A stretch of DNA of 64,000 bases from Chloroflexota bacterium (GTDB taxonomy: Bacteria; Chloroflexota; Limnocylindria; QHBO01), in the NCBI GenBank assembly GCA_040002615.1, contig JBDUEE010000003.1, forward strand, positions 9,671 to 73,670, given 5' to 3'. The first letter of the stretch is position 1; the number at the start of each line of letters is the position of its first letter. Below are positions 39,689 through 48,062 of this stretch, piece after piece. The notes beneath the pieces are model-generated. The model searched no databases and was not told where the DNA came from. It saw only the letters and a program-made list of their open reading frames with translations. The position numbers and the translations under genes are program-made.

Positions 39689-40411
39689 TCAGAAAAGTGT
39701 GCTGCGCTCCGCTTCCTGAAGGATGCGGACGAGGGAGATGGTTGCCTGTGCGGTCGCGAAGGCCATGAGGCGTGTCGGCGCCTTGTGATGAGTCAGAGCG
39801 TTTGCCAGGACGATGAGCTTGCGGATGAGGCCCCGAACCGCCGAGTTGGCGGCGCCGCTCAGCATCATGTCTGCGTAGAAGCCGAGTCGCTCCTCGGCAT
39901 CGGATCGTCCCGGGATCGGTTGGCCTGCCGGCACCATCACATCCATGAACGCGACGTTTGCAGCCTCAATGACGATCTCCCGGCACCGCCGTCCGATGTC
40001 GGCCCAGTCGTCGGTCGAAGTGCCGCGCTCCAGCTCACCGATCATCTCAGCCAACCGCGCATCCACCGTCTTCCACGTTGGATCACCAACGGACCCGGTG
40101 TCATCCGGAACCTGGGCAGCAGCAGCGCGCGCCTCAAGATCATCCAGGAGTGGTCCGACGAGCTCGTTGATCTGGGCGCGCCGGTCTGCGTAGCCGTCCG
40201 CCCAGGCTCGATACCACTCCCAGAGGCTGCGCCATGGGAACGGATCGGCCAGGCCGATCGCGTCCAGAGAGAAGCGCAACTCACGGCGCCGCTCCTGATA
40301 TCCATCGTCTACGTCGTCGATGCGCGGCCCGCCCGTCGCCACGGCGATGAGCAAAGCAGCCTGTTCCTTGACGAGGTCAATCAAGTCGTCGAGGGAGCGA
40401 GCGGTCTTCAT
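39689..40411 (-). CDS. module gene B, right copy (paralog of 10441-11430, lacks Tudor-like tail)
   Basis: MKTARSLDDLIDLVKEQAALLIAVATGGPRIDDVDDGYQERRREL... aligns along its length with left copy (~50-60% aa identity). Confidence 0.5.
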   Translation of the reverse strand: MKTARSLDDLIDLVKEQAALLIAVATGGPRIDDVDDGYQERRRELRFSLDAIGLADPFPWRSLWEWYRAWADGYADRRAQINELVGPLLDDLEARAAAAQVPDDTGSVGDPTWKTVDARLAEMIGELERGTSTDDWADIGRRCREIVIEAANVAFMDVMVPAGQPIPGRSDAEERLGFYADMMLSGAANSAVRGLIRKLIVLANALTHHKAPTRLMAFATAQATISLVRILQEAERSTLF

Positions 40412-41358
40412 GATGCGGCCTCGATCTGCCTCGGGGCAGCGGAGGACCGAGCCCGATAGCGCCGCTTGGCTGCTCGCTTCTTGCAGGTCGTACCGCAGTA
40501 GAGCTGGCCGTATCCGAGAGCGCGTCGGCCGACGAAGACCCCGCAATCAACGCAGCGCATCGATCCCCGCGTCGTCGGCAGCCGGGTCGTTTCCAGCAAC
40601 TCGTCGACAAAGTCGATGACAGCGGCTCGCATCAAGACATACATGCGGTAGGAGAGGGCGACCGAGCCGCCCATCCCCATGCTTGCCTCGAAACTGATGC
40701 TCTCCAGCGAGGTGGGGTCGTAGGTGCCGTCTTTCTCCTCGGCGTGGAGGCTTGGGGATTGCTCCTGGTAGTAGGCGTTGATGAACTCCAGGTCGTCCTG
40801 AGTCCACCCATCCCTTTGACTGGGGTCGGCAGGCCAGGTCTTCTGTGCCACTTCGTAAAGGCCACCAAGCTGGCCTATCCAGTCCAGATGCTCGCGTAAC
40901 CGGTAGACGAGAAGTGGCTTGTCGCCGCTAGCGATCATCGCATCGACGCGACGTCGCTCGGCCGGGGTGATTGGGACCCGCTTGAGGAAACCTCGGAGGT
41001 GCGTGTGCTCCTCAACGATGAGAACCTGGCGCTCACCTCCGAACCACCAGTCCTCGATCTCCTCGTTCGTCATGGGGTGGCGAGTACTGGCGTGCGCCCA
41101 GCTGGTGATCGCGTCGCGATGCTCCGTCCAAAGCCGGTGTCCTATCACCGCCGACTCGACTTCCTGCTCAATCTCCAGGCGGTTCTCGGAAGTACGCAGT
41201 ACGTCGGCCATCATTCCCATGAAGTACGTCCAGCCGCTCCATCGCGGGGAGACCGCATCAAGGAGCGGGAGGTATATCCCTGGCGTCGGTGACGGACCGG
41301 CAAAGTTGACGACATCGCGCCAGAGGCCACCTGTCGTAAGCGGAGTCATCGAAGGCAT
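40408..41358 (-). CDS. module gene A, right copy (CGNR-like zinc-ribbon protein; paralog of 9495-10436)
   Basis: MPSMTPLTTGGLWRDVVNFAGPSPTPGIYLPLLDAVSPRWSGWTYFMGMMADVLRT... ~75% aa identity to left copy, same C-terminal Cys motif. Confidence 0.6.
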   Translation of the reverse strand: MPSMTPLTTGGLWRDVVNFAGPSPTPGIYLPLLDAVSPRWSGWTYFMGMMADVLRTSENRLEIEQEVESAVIGHRLWTEHRDAITSWAHASTRHPMTNEEIEDWWFGGERQVLIVEEHTHLRGFLKRVPITPAERRRVDAMIASGDKPLLVYRLREHLDWIGQLGGLYEVAQKTWPADPSQRDGWTQDDLEFINAYYQEQSPSLHAEEKDGTYDPTSLESISFEASMGMGGSVALSYRMYVLMRAAVIDFVDELLETTRLPTTRGSMRCVDCGVFVGRRALGYGQLYCGTTCKKRAAKRRYRARSSAAPRQIEAAS

Positions 41359-41380
41359 GCGGGTAGTTTGTCAGGGCCGA

Positions 41381-41411
41381 GGGGTATGCATAGGTAGACA
41401 AGGGATACCCC
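41381..41411. promoter_or_regulatory. second copy of 31-bp palindromic operator-like motif (GGGGTAT-N17-ATACCCC), 22 bp upstream of gene A right copy
   Basis: ggggtatgcataggtagacaagggatacccc on plus strand; perfect 7-bp inverted arms. Confidence 0.5.
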
Positions 41412-41779
41412 TAGACCCGGCTCGTCGTGCCGGCCTCACCCGCCGATGGAGCCGGGTCGAGCGTAAATCGCGACCTCGCGCTTGTCTTCCCGCATGGGCC
41501 GGCAGCTGTGGAACGCGCCCATCCCTGGAGACTCATCGCAAGAGAGGCTGCCCAGCGACTATGCCTGCGTCGAGCGATACGACAACGACCTTCTCGGTCG
41601 CAACCAACGAGTACCGCGGCGCCAACGGGGAGCGGACCGAGTACCACGCCTGCGTGGTATGAGACTCGCGTGTAATCGACGCGAATCGGGTACTTGATCT
41701 CCAGCGCCTGTCGCGGTAGAACCCTCGTCAAGTAGGATCAAGGTGGGAAGCCGTCGGTGCTGCCCGATGGGAGATCGAC

Positions 41780-44650
41780 TTGAAGAAACCGCCGAAGTGG
41801 ACCCGCGGCTCGGAGTGGCTGCGCTGGGATCCGCACATCCATGCGCCCGGCACATTGATGAACGATCAGTACGCGGGCGACTGGACCGGGTACTTCAATG
41901 CAATTGCGTCGGCTGACCCAGCGCCAGTGGCGTTGGGGATCACCGACTACTTCACCTTGGCCGGGTACAGGGAGTTCCGCAACCAACGCCCACCTGGATC
42001 GCTTCCAGCGGTCCAGATGGTATTCCCCAACGTCGAGCTGCGGCTTACGACCGAGACGAGACGCGGCCACGCGATCAACCTCCATCTGCTTGTCTCGCCA
42101 GACGATCGGAGGCACGTCGAAAAGTTCGAAGAGCGGCTATCTCACGTCCGCTTCGAATACGGCCCAACGCACTTTCCATGCAGCGATCGAGGGCTCATAG
42201 ATCTTGGTCGTGCCTTCCGCAATGACGAAACGCTGGCAGAGGCTGCTGCGATGTCAATTGGCGCCGGCCAGTTCAAGGCGGAATTCAGAGAGATCCTCGA
42301 GCTCTTCGACGACGGATGGTTTCGCGACAACGTCTTGATGGCGGTCGCCGCGGGTCAGGATGGCCTCGGCGGGCTGTCGCAGGACTCTCAGTGGGCGGCA
42401 GTACGCGAGAATATCGGCCGCGCGTCCGACATCATCTTCTCGGGTTCTGAGAACGAGCGGTCCTTCTGGTTGAAGCCTGGAGGGACCCTGCCCCGTCGTC
42501 CCTGCCTCCACGGCTCCGACGCGCACTCGCTCGCGAAGGTCCTGAAGCCGGACGAGGCTCGCCTCTGCTGGATCAGAGGCGATGCGACTTTTGAGAGCCT
42601 GAAGCAAGCCGTCATCGAGCCCGAGCGGAGGGTCTTCATTGGGCGTACGCCACCACGCGGCGCCTCTGAAGGCTATGTGATGTCCGACCTGGTGCTGAGC
42701 GGCGCTTCTTGGATCGAGAACGATCAGCTCTCCTTCAACGACGGGCTGGTTACCATCATCGGCGCGAAGGGCTCCGGCAAGACGGCCCTGGCCGACCTGT
42801 TGGCACTCTTCGCTGGCGCCGACGAGCCCGCGCCGGGCAACGCCTCGTTCATTAGGAAGGCCCGACATTTGCTTGGGGGATTGAAGGGCGTATTGACCTG
42901 GGGCGACAGGACTTCTCAGACAGCGGTTGCGCAGCCCCAACCGCAGCCGTCAACCGAACCGCGAGTCCAGTATCTATCGCAGCAGTTCGTTGAGCGCTTG
43001 TCGGCCCCGGAAGAACTCGGAGAGCCACTTGTAGAAGAGATCGAGCGCGTCGTCTTCCATGCGATACCCGAAGAGAAGCGCATGCAGGCAACCTCCTTCG
43101 GCGAGCTCCGCGACCTACTCCTTGAGGATGCGCGCGCCAGCCAGGCGTTTCACAGGGGGACAATTACGTCCCTGACGAGAGCCGTCGCTGCCGAGATCGA
43201 CCTGAAACGCAGCATCCCGAGTCGCCAGAAGAAGGTCGAGGAGGCCGAGCGGGAGCGCAAAGGACTGCAGAAGGACATTGCATCGATACCGGCCGCGGCC
43301 AGTGCGGAAAAGGCCAAGGTCCACACGGATGCGGCGAACGCTCTTCAGGCGTTGCAGCAGGCCAATGCGGTAAAGGAGCGCCGCGCCAAGGACCTTAGCC
43401 TCCTTGCTGGAGAAGTGCGACGCCAACTCCTAGCCGCAGACCAATCGTGGGGCCAGCTCAAGGTCACCTATCCGGATCTCATCGACGATACGACCTGGAC
43501 CGCGTTGAGGCTCCGGCTTGATCCGGCTGGCTTGCAGCGCCTTGCGGACCTTGAGGCGGAAGCCCGCAAAGAGGCGGAGGCCCTCCAGGACCAGGGGCTG
43601 CCCTCCGTCGCCCGGCCAAGTGCCACCGCCTCTAAACCGGCCGGCCTCGAACAACTCAAGGCACGTCTGGAGCAGGCCGTGAAGGAACTCGGTCTTGACC
43701 GGACCAATGCCACGCGCAAGGTCGACCTGGAAAGACGGCTCGTCGGCGTCAAGGCAACTGAAGAGCAAGCGAGGAGAGAGTTGGCCAACGCTCTTGGGGC
43801 GGAAGCGCGGCAAAAGGAAGCCCACGAGAAGCGGCTCGAAGCCTATGACGCGGTCTTCCAGACCCTAAGCCAGGAAGAAGACGAACTAGAGAGGCTCTAC
43901 GCGCCCCTCCTGGGTCGGTTGACTGGGTCCAAATTGGCGTTCACCGTTCAACGCGTGGTCGGACTCAAGGCATGGGTTAAGAAGGGTGAGGAGCTGCTGG
44001 ATTTGCGCACCGCACCGTTCAGCCAACAGGGGTACCTAGAAGAGCAAGCCCGATCGCTGCTGTTGAAGGCGTGGCTCACAGGTACGCCCACCGAGGTGCG
44101 TGCGGCCATGCGTGCATTCCTCGAAAAGGTTGCCGGTGATGCGCTGAAGTCGCTTGTCCAGAGCGCGAGCCCAATGGATCTTGGCGAGTGGTTGTTCTCC
44201 ACCAATCACATTCGCGTCCGCTACGGCATCGAGTACGAGGGCGTCGAAATCTCCAATCTGTCTCCTGGCACGCGGGGCGTCGTTCTCCTGACGCTTTACC
44301 TGGGCTTGGACGAATGGGACCCGCGTCCGCTCGTGATCGACCAGCCCGAGGAAAATCTCGACCCAAGCTCGATCTATGACGACCTCGTCCCTTGGTTCCG
44401 GCTGGCAGCGAAGCGCCGCCAAATCGTGATGGTGACGCATAACGCCAATCTCGTAGTGAACACAGATTCAGACCAAGTCATCGTGGCGCGCGCAAAACGC
44501 GACAAGCCGCAGGGATTGCCACACGTTACGTACGAGGCAGGCGGGCTGGAGGACCCAGACATCAGGGAAGCGGTGTGCAGCCTGCTGGAGGGCGGCAAGG
44601 AAGCGTTCCGCCTGCGGGGTGAGCGCTACAAGCTCAACGTTCGGGCGTAG
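41780..44650 (+). CDS. single-chain PHP-phosphoesterase + SMC/Rad50/SbcC-like ABC ATPase fusion (candidate defence or DNA-processing nuclease)
   Basis: N-term WLRWDPHIHAPGT...HAINLHLLV...CLHGSDAHS (PHP His clusters); Walker A IIGAKGSGKTALADLL; ~350 aa coiled-coil (Glu/Lys/Ala/Leu-rich); C-terminal signature region and Walker B/D-loop LVIDQPEENLD, H-loop VMVTHNANL. Confidence 0.7.
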   Translation: MKKPPKWTRGSEWLRWDPHIHAPGTLMNDQYAGDWTGYFNAIASADPAPVALGITDYFTLAGYREFRNQRPPGSLPAVQMVFPNVELRLTTETRRGHAINLHLLVSPDDRRHVEKFEERLSHVRFEYGPTHFPCSDRGLIDLGRAFRNDETLAEAAAMSIGAGQFKAEFREILELFDDGWFRDNVLMAVAAGQDGLGGLSQDSQWAAVRENIGRASDIIFSGSENERSFWLKPGGTLPRRPCLHGSDAHSLAKVLKPDEARLCWIRGDATFESLKQAVIEPERRVFIGRTPPRGASEGYVMSDLVLSGASWIENDQLSFNDGLVTIIGAKGSGKTALADLLALFAGADEPAPGNASFIRKARHLLGGLKGVLTWGDRTSQTAVAQPQPQPSTEPRVQYLSQQFVERLSAPEELGEPLVEEIERVVFHAIPEEKRMQATSFGELRDLLLEDARASQAFHRGTITSLTRAVAAEIDLKRSIPSRQKKVEEAERERKGLQKDIASIPAAASAEKAKVHTDAANALQALQQANAVKERRAKDLSLLAGEVRRQLLAADQSWGQLKVTYPDLIDDTTWTALRLRLDPAGLQRLADLEAEARKEAEALQDQGLPSVARPSATASKPAGLEQLKARLEQAVKELGLDRTNATRKVDLERRLVGVKATEEQARRELANALGAEARQKEAHEKRLEAYDAVFQTLSQEEDELERLYAPLLGRLTGSKLAFTVQRVVGLKAWVKKGEELLDLRTAPFSQQGYLEEQARSLLLKAWLTGTPTEVRAAMRAFLEKVAGDALKSLVQSASPMDLGEWLFSTNHIRVRYGIEYEGVEISNLSPGTRGVVLLTLYLGLDEWDPRPLVIDQPEENLDPSSIYDDLVPWFRLAAKRRQIVMVTHNANLVVNTDSDQVIVARAKRDKPQGLPHVTYEAGGLEDPDIREAVCSLLEGGKEAFRLRGERYKLNVRA

Positions 44651-44746
44651 GGGCCGCGGCGCCAGCCGGCATGGTCGCGCCCCGAGCGCTGGCACCTTCC
44701 GCTGTCAACGACCGCGGCCCACACGTGGGGCTTTACGAACGACCAC

Positions 44747-45105
44747 TTATTTGATCGCCTTGCGGAACAGGAGCGCGAACTGCTCCGAGAAGCTGCCCGC
44801 TCGGCGCACGTGGATGTGCGTGCGCGCGTCGCCCGGCCGCTCGCGGAACTTGCGCTCGGTGCGCTCCGGGTTGTCCGCGCGCCAGGCGAAGCCGCACTTC
44901 TCCAGCGGCCGAAGGGGTCGACCGGCTCAAGAGAGACGACCGAGATCTGCACGTCGATGATCGGCTTCGCCGCCAGATCGGGCACGGCAGTCGAGCCGAT
45001 GTGGTCGATCCGCAACGCCACCTCGCCCAGCGCCGAGCGCAGGCGGTCCCCGAGCTCGGCGAAGCGTATTGGCCACGCCGGGTCGTGGTCGACGACGACC
45101 AGGGC
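44747..45105 (-). pseudogene. GrpB-family (UPF0157, nucleotidyltransferase-like) gene, frameshifted and lacking a canonical start
   Basis: LVVVDHDPAWPIRFAELGDRLRSALGEVALRIDHIGSTAVPDLAAKPIIDVQISVVSLEPVDPF | (frame change at cccc run) RPLEKCGFAWRADNPERTERKFRE...AGSFSEQFALLFRKAIK*. Confidence 0.55.
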
Positions 45106-45134
45106 TTCGGCAGTCGGCCTGCCGGCTTAAGAAT

Positions 45135-45166
45135 TACTCACACACTTCCTCACACACTAGGGCTTG
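45135..45166. promoter_or_regulatory. second copy of CTCACACACTTCCTCACACA..GGGCTTGAT motif, 700 bp upstream of Ubl operon
   Basis: see 21586-21617. Confidence 0.4.
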
Positions 45167-45866
45167 ATACCGGCCTTTGCACGCACTAACGTAGATCGTG
45201 GCGGTCGGTCTCACGGCTGGCTCTCTCAAGTAACAGCGGGTTGACCGACCGCCGCCATCACCTCAGATCGAGGTTGGCGGAGTCTCCCGCCACGGACTCC
45301 CACGGCTTACCGCCGCGATCCCACCCAGTGCCGGCGCCAGGAGCCTCATTTACAGGCTTCGACGACAGCTCACCTTACCAACCGCATACACGCTGCCATT
45401 CGCGCTTCACCTCGAACGCGCGTACCGCACGCACAACCACGGCGCCTCCGCCTGAAGGTTCCGGACGGGCTCGGCTGACCGATCGGTCATCTGTGAGGAA
45501 TGCTCCTCGGATGTTTCGCTTCGGCTCGACCGGCTCGCTCTCGATGAGGGCGGGTGCGTCGGGCCGTCTCGGGATACCGGGTGTCCTCAACGCAGATGCG
45601 ATCGGCGACAGCGGGCTCGCTCCCAACACCGGCGGCGGAAATCTCCGCGCCACGAAAGGAGGGATGCCCTCAGTCGTCTTCGGTCGACACCGGCGGCGAG
45701 CGCCCGCCGTTGATCGTTCAGCTCTTTGAGCGCTCTCCGGGACCGAGCTCGGCCGCAAGGCGTGCGGTGTCAAGCGAACGAGGTGGCATGTGTGCGAACG
45801 CACCTCGTGGGCGCTGCCCGGTCCTTTCTCGTGTTCGCGACGTAAGCAAGCACAAGGAGATCAATC

Positions 45867-46103
45867 GTGCAGACCTACGAGGATACGGCCGTCAAGGTCG
45901 TGTACGGCGTCAACGAGCTCAGTCTCGACCTGGGCGGCAAGAGCATCCGCAGCATCTGGAAGATGCTGGAGCAGGTGCTCAACCTGCCGCGCGAGACGAC
46001 GGTGCGGGTCAACGGCCAGATCGTGGCCGACGACCACATCGTGCGTTCGGGGGACGAGATCGACTTCCTCAAGCCGGCCGGCGTTAAGGGCCTCGCTGCC
46101 TGA
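45867..46103 (+). CDS. ubiquitin-like beta-grasp protein (BilA-like / ThiS-MoaD-like), C-terminal ...KPAGVKGLAA
   Basis: 78 aa, GTG start after RBS AAGGAGA; TVRVNGQIVADDHIVRSGDEIDFLKPAGVKG resembles ThiS/MoaD C-terminal half; first gene of E2/JAB/E1 operon. Confidence 0.5.
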   Translation: MQTYEDTAVKVVYGVNELSLDLGGKSIRSIWKMLEQVLNLPRETTVRVNGQIVADDHIVRSGDEIDFLKPAGVKGLAA

Positions 46104-46196
46104 GACATCAGCCGGAAGGGCGGGGCAGTCCGAGCGGCACCAGACGGTGCATTCGGACCGCCCCACCTCAGCCCTTGAGGAAAGGAGCTCGAAGAC

Positions 46197-46979
46197 ATGT
46201 CCATGCATTCGCGCAAGTACCTGCGCATCGAAGGGGACCTGGCCACGCTGGTGACCGAGGTGACCGAGCGCGAAGTCGCGCTCGACGATCTTCTGTCCAG
46301 ACTGGCCGAGCAGCGGTCGGCGATCAGCGGGATGCTGCCCGCCGGCTGCCGCTTCTGGGTCCGCTCTCCCGAAGGGCGGGAGGTGTTCGTGGTCGAACAG
46401 CTCCCCATGCGCCGCCAGGTCGAGTACCACGCCAGTAATCGATACGGCAGCGAGCCGGTGATCCACCGACTCGCCCTGCCGTACGTGGTGTTCGTGGTCT
46501 CAACCGCCGACGGTCGCATCGAGAGCCTCGCCACCTTCTTCCGTACCAGCGCGCTGCGATCACTTGACGATCCGCTCGAGCACAGCTGCCTGCCCAACAC
46601 CTCCGACGACGGCATCGTCTGTCTCGGATCGGTTCATGTTGGCGGTGACAGCCTGGCCGAGCGCACCGACGGACTGATTGGAGCGTTCTGGGGGTCACGC
46701 TTCAACGCCGACATCCGGCGCCATCCGCTGCCGTTCAGCGGTGGCTTCCGGGCGTGGGCGTCTCGCTCGCGACGGGATCCGATGGCGGGCCTGTCGGCCC
46801 AATACGACCGCTACTGGCGCAGCCTGCGCCAGGTGGTGGCCGCGGGGGCCGGCATGAGCCCCACCGACCTGCCCGGCGCGCCGGTCGACGGCGAACAGGC
46901 GCAGGCGACGGTGGAGACACCGACGCCCAGCCAGGCACCGCCTCCGCAAGGAGGTGAGCCCGATGCGGAAGCTGCTTGA
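46197..46979 (+). CDS. UBC-type E2-like protein (BilB-like)
   Basis: HSCLPNTSDDGIVCLGSVHVGG matches the E2 active-site HPN-x(6-7)-C-L motif; 260 aa. Confidence 0.5.
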   Translation: MSMHSRKYLRIEGDLATLVTEVTEREVALDDLLSRLAEQRSAISGMLPAGCRFWVRSPEGREVFVVEQLPMRRQVEYHASNRYGSEPVIHRLALPYVVFVVSTADGRIESLATFFRTSALRSLDDPLEHSCLPNTSDDGIVCLGSVHVGGDSLAERTDGLIGAFWGSRFNADIRRHPLPFSGGFRAWASRSRRDPMAGLSAQYDRYWRSLRQVVAAGAGMSPTDLPGAPVDGEQAQATVETPTPSQAPPPQGGEPDAEAA

Positions 46980-47226
46980 GTCGATGGCCCGCTGCGGGAC
47001 GCTCGAGTCGACCCGCACGACGGCACTGCTCAGCCCGCGCCGAGCGGTGTACGCCACCGATGGCTCGATCCCCGGCGAACTGGCCAACGCTGCCTTCGCC
47101 GTGGCGGCCAAGCTGCTCAGAGATGGAGGCTTCCCCCTCCGCGACGAGCGGCTGGCCGAGCCGAGACGCTTCGCTCAGCTCGAGCGCATCGTCTACTGGC
47201 TGCCCGAGACCGAGGTGGGCTCATGA
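46963..47226 (+). CDS. small hypothetical protein within Ubl-conjugation operon
   Basis: 87 aa, RBS AAGGAGGTG 6 nt upstream of ATG; no domain recognised. Confidence 0.3.
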   Translation: MRKLLESMARCGTLESTRTTALLSPRRAVYATDGSIPGELANAAFAVAAKLLRDGGFPLRDERLAEPRRFAQLERIVYWLPETEVGS

Positions 47227-48062
47227 GCCTCTTTCCGATCATCGCCGCGGACGAGTCCGCGGCCGAGGAGGTCTCACTCCCCGCCTTCCTGGTGGCCCGC
47301 GACGGGCTCTACCTGCGCAAGCGCAGCCTGCTTGGGCTGTCGCAGGTGCAGGTCGACGAGGTGGCCCACCTGCCAGCGGCACGCGAGTACCTCGAGTACG
47401 CGTTACCCAAGGTGCCCGCCTCGCTGATGGCTGAGGTGGTCGGCTTCTTCCGCGCCATCTGGTCGCGGCAGCGCTCGGAGGCGCTGGCGCTGCTGACCTG
47501 GGATGGCTCAGCCTTCGGGTTGATCGTTCCCAAGCAGCGCGCCGGAGCCGCATCGGTCAAGCACCGGCTCGAGACGAGCGATGTGCCCAGCGGGGCACAC
47601 CTGGTCGGCTCGATCCACAGCCACGGCGCACTGAGCGCCGGGGCCAGCCTGACCGACGAGGCCGACGAGGCCGACTTCGACGGCATCCACGTGGTGGTCG
47701 GCGATGTCGATGAGCGGCGGCCGAGCTATTCGGCCGCGATCGTGGTCGACGGCCGACGCTTCGGCTGTCGCACCAGCCTCGTCTTCGAGCAGCCGCGACG
47801 CTTCACCGAACCCCCGGCCGAGTGGCTGGAGCGGGTGAAGCCGATCGTGACCGCACCGACGAAGGCGAAGGCCAACGGCCACGCCAGGACGAGCGGGAAG
47901 GCTCCATCGACGGAGTCGACCTGGACCTCGCGCGACCGCCATACGCTCGACGGCCTCCTGAGCGAGGCCGTCGGGCTGGCCGCCGAACTGGGCGAGAGCC
48001 TGGTCTATCAGCTGACGCCGATCGCGACGTCGGCTGCGAAAGGAGGAATCTCCGATGCCTGA
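47223..48062 (+). CDS. JAB/MPN (JAMM) metalloprotease-domain protein (BilC-like deubiquitinase/peptidase)
   Basis: HLVGSIHSHGALSAGASLTDEAD = JAMM HxHx7Sx2D motif; ATGA overlap upstream. Confidence 0.6.
   Translation: MSLFPIIAADESAAEEVSLPAFLVARDGLYLRKRSLLGLSQVQVDEVAHLPAAREYLEYALPKVPASLMAEVVGFFRAIWSRQRSEALALLTWDGSAFGLIVPKQRAGAASVKHRLETSDVPSGAHLVGSIHSHGALSAGASLTDEADEADFDGIHVVVGDVDERRPSYSAAIVVDGRRFGCRTSLVFEQPRRFTEPPAEWLERVKPIVTAPTKAKANGHARTSGKAPSTESTWTSRDRHTLDGLLSEAVGLAAELGESLVYQLTPIATSAAKGGISDA

Noticed and set aside
45170-45866. Small ORF 45241-45729 in the 700-nt leader of the Ubl operon
   Set aside because: Translation is Arg/Ser/Pro-rich and not protein-like; the region more plausibly is a long 5' UTR (contains a 12-bp stem hairpin tggcggtcggtc...gaccgaccgcc at 45206-45257), but no specific riboswitch could be recognised.
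42254-46615. ORFs 42254-42940 (-) and 45875-46615 (-)
   Set aside because: Antisense to the PHP-SMC gene and to the Ubl/E2 genes respectively.
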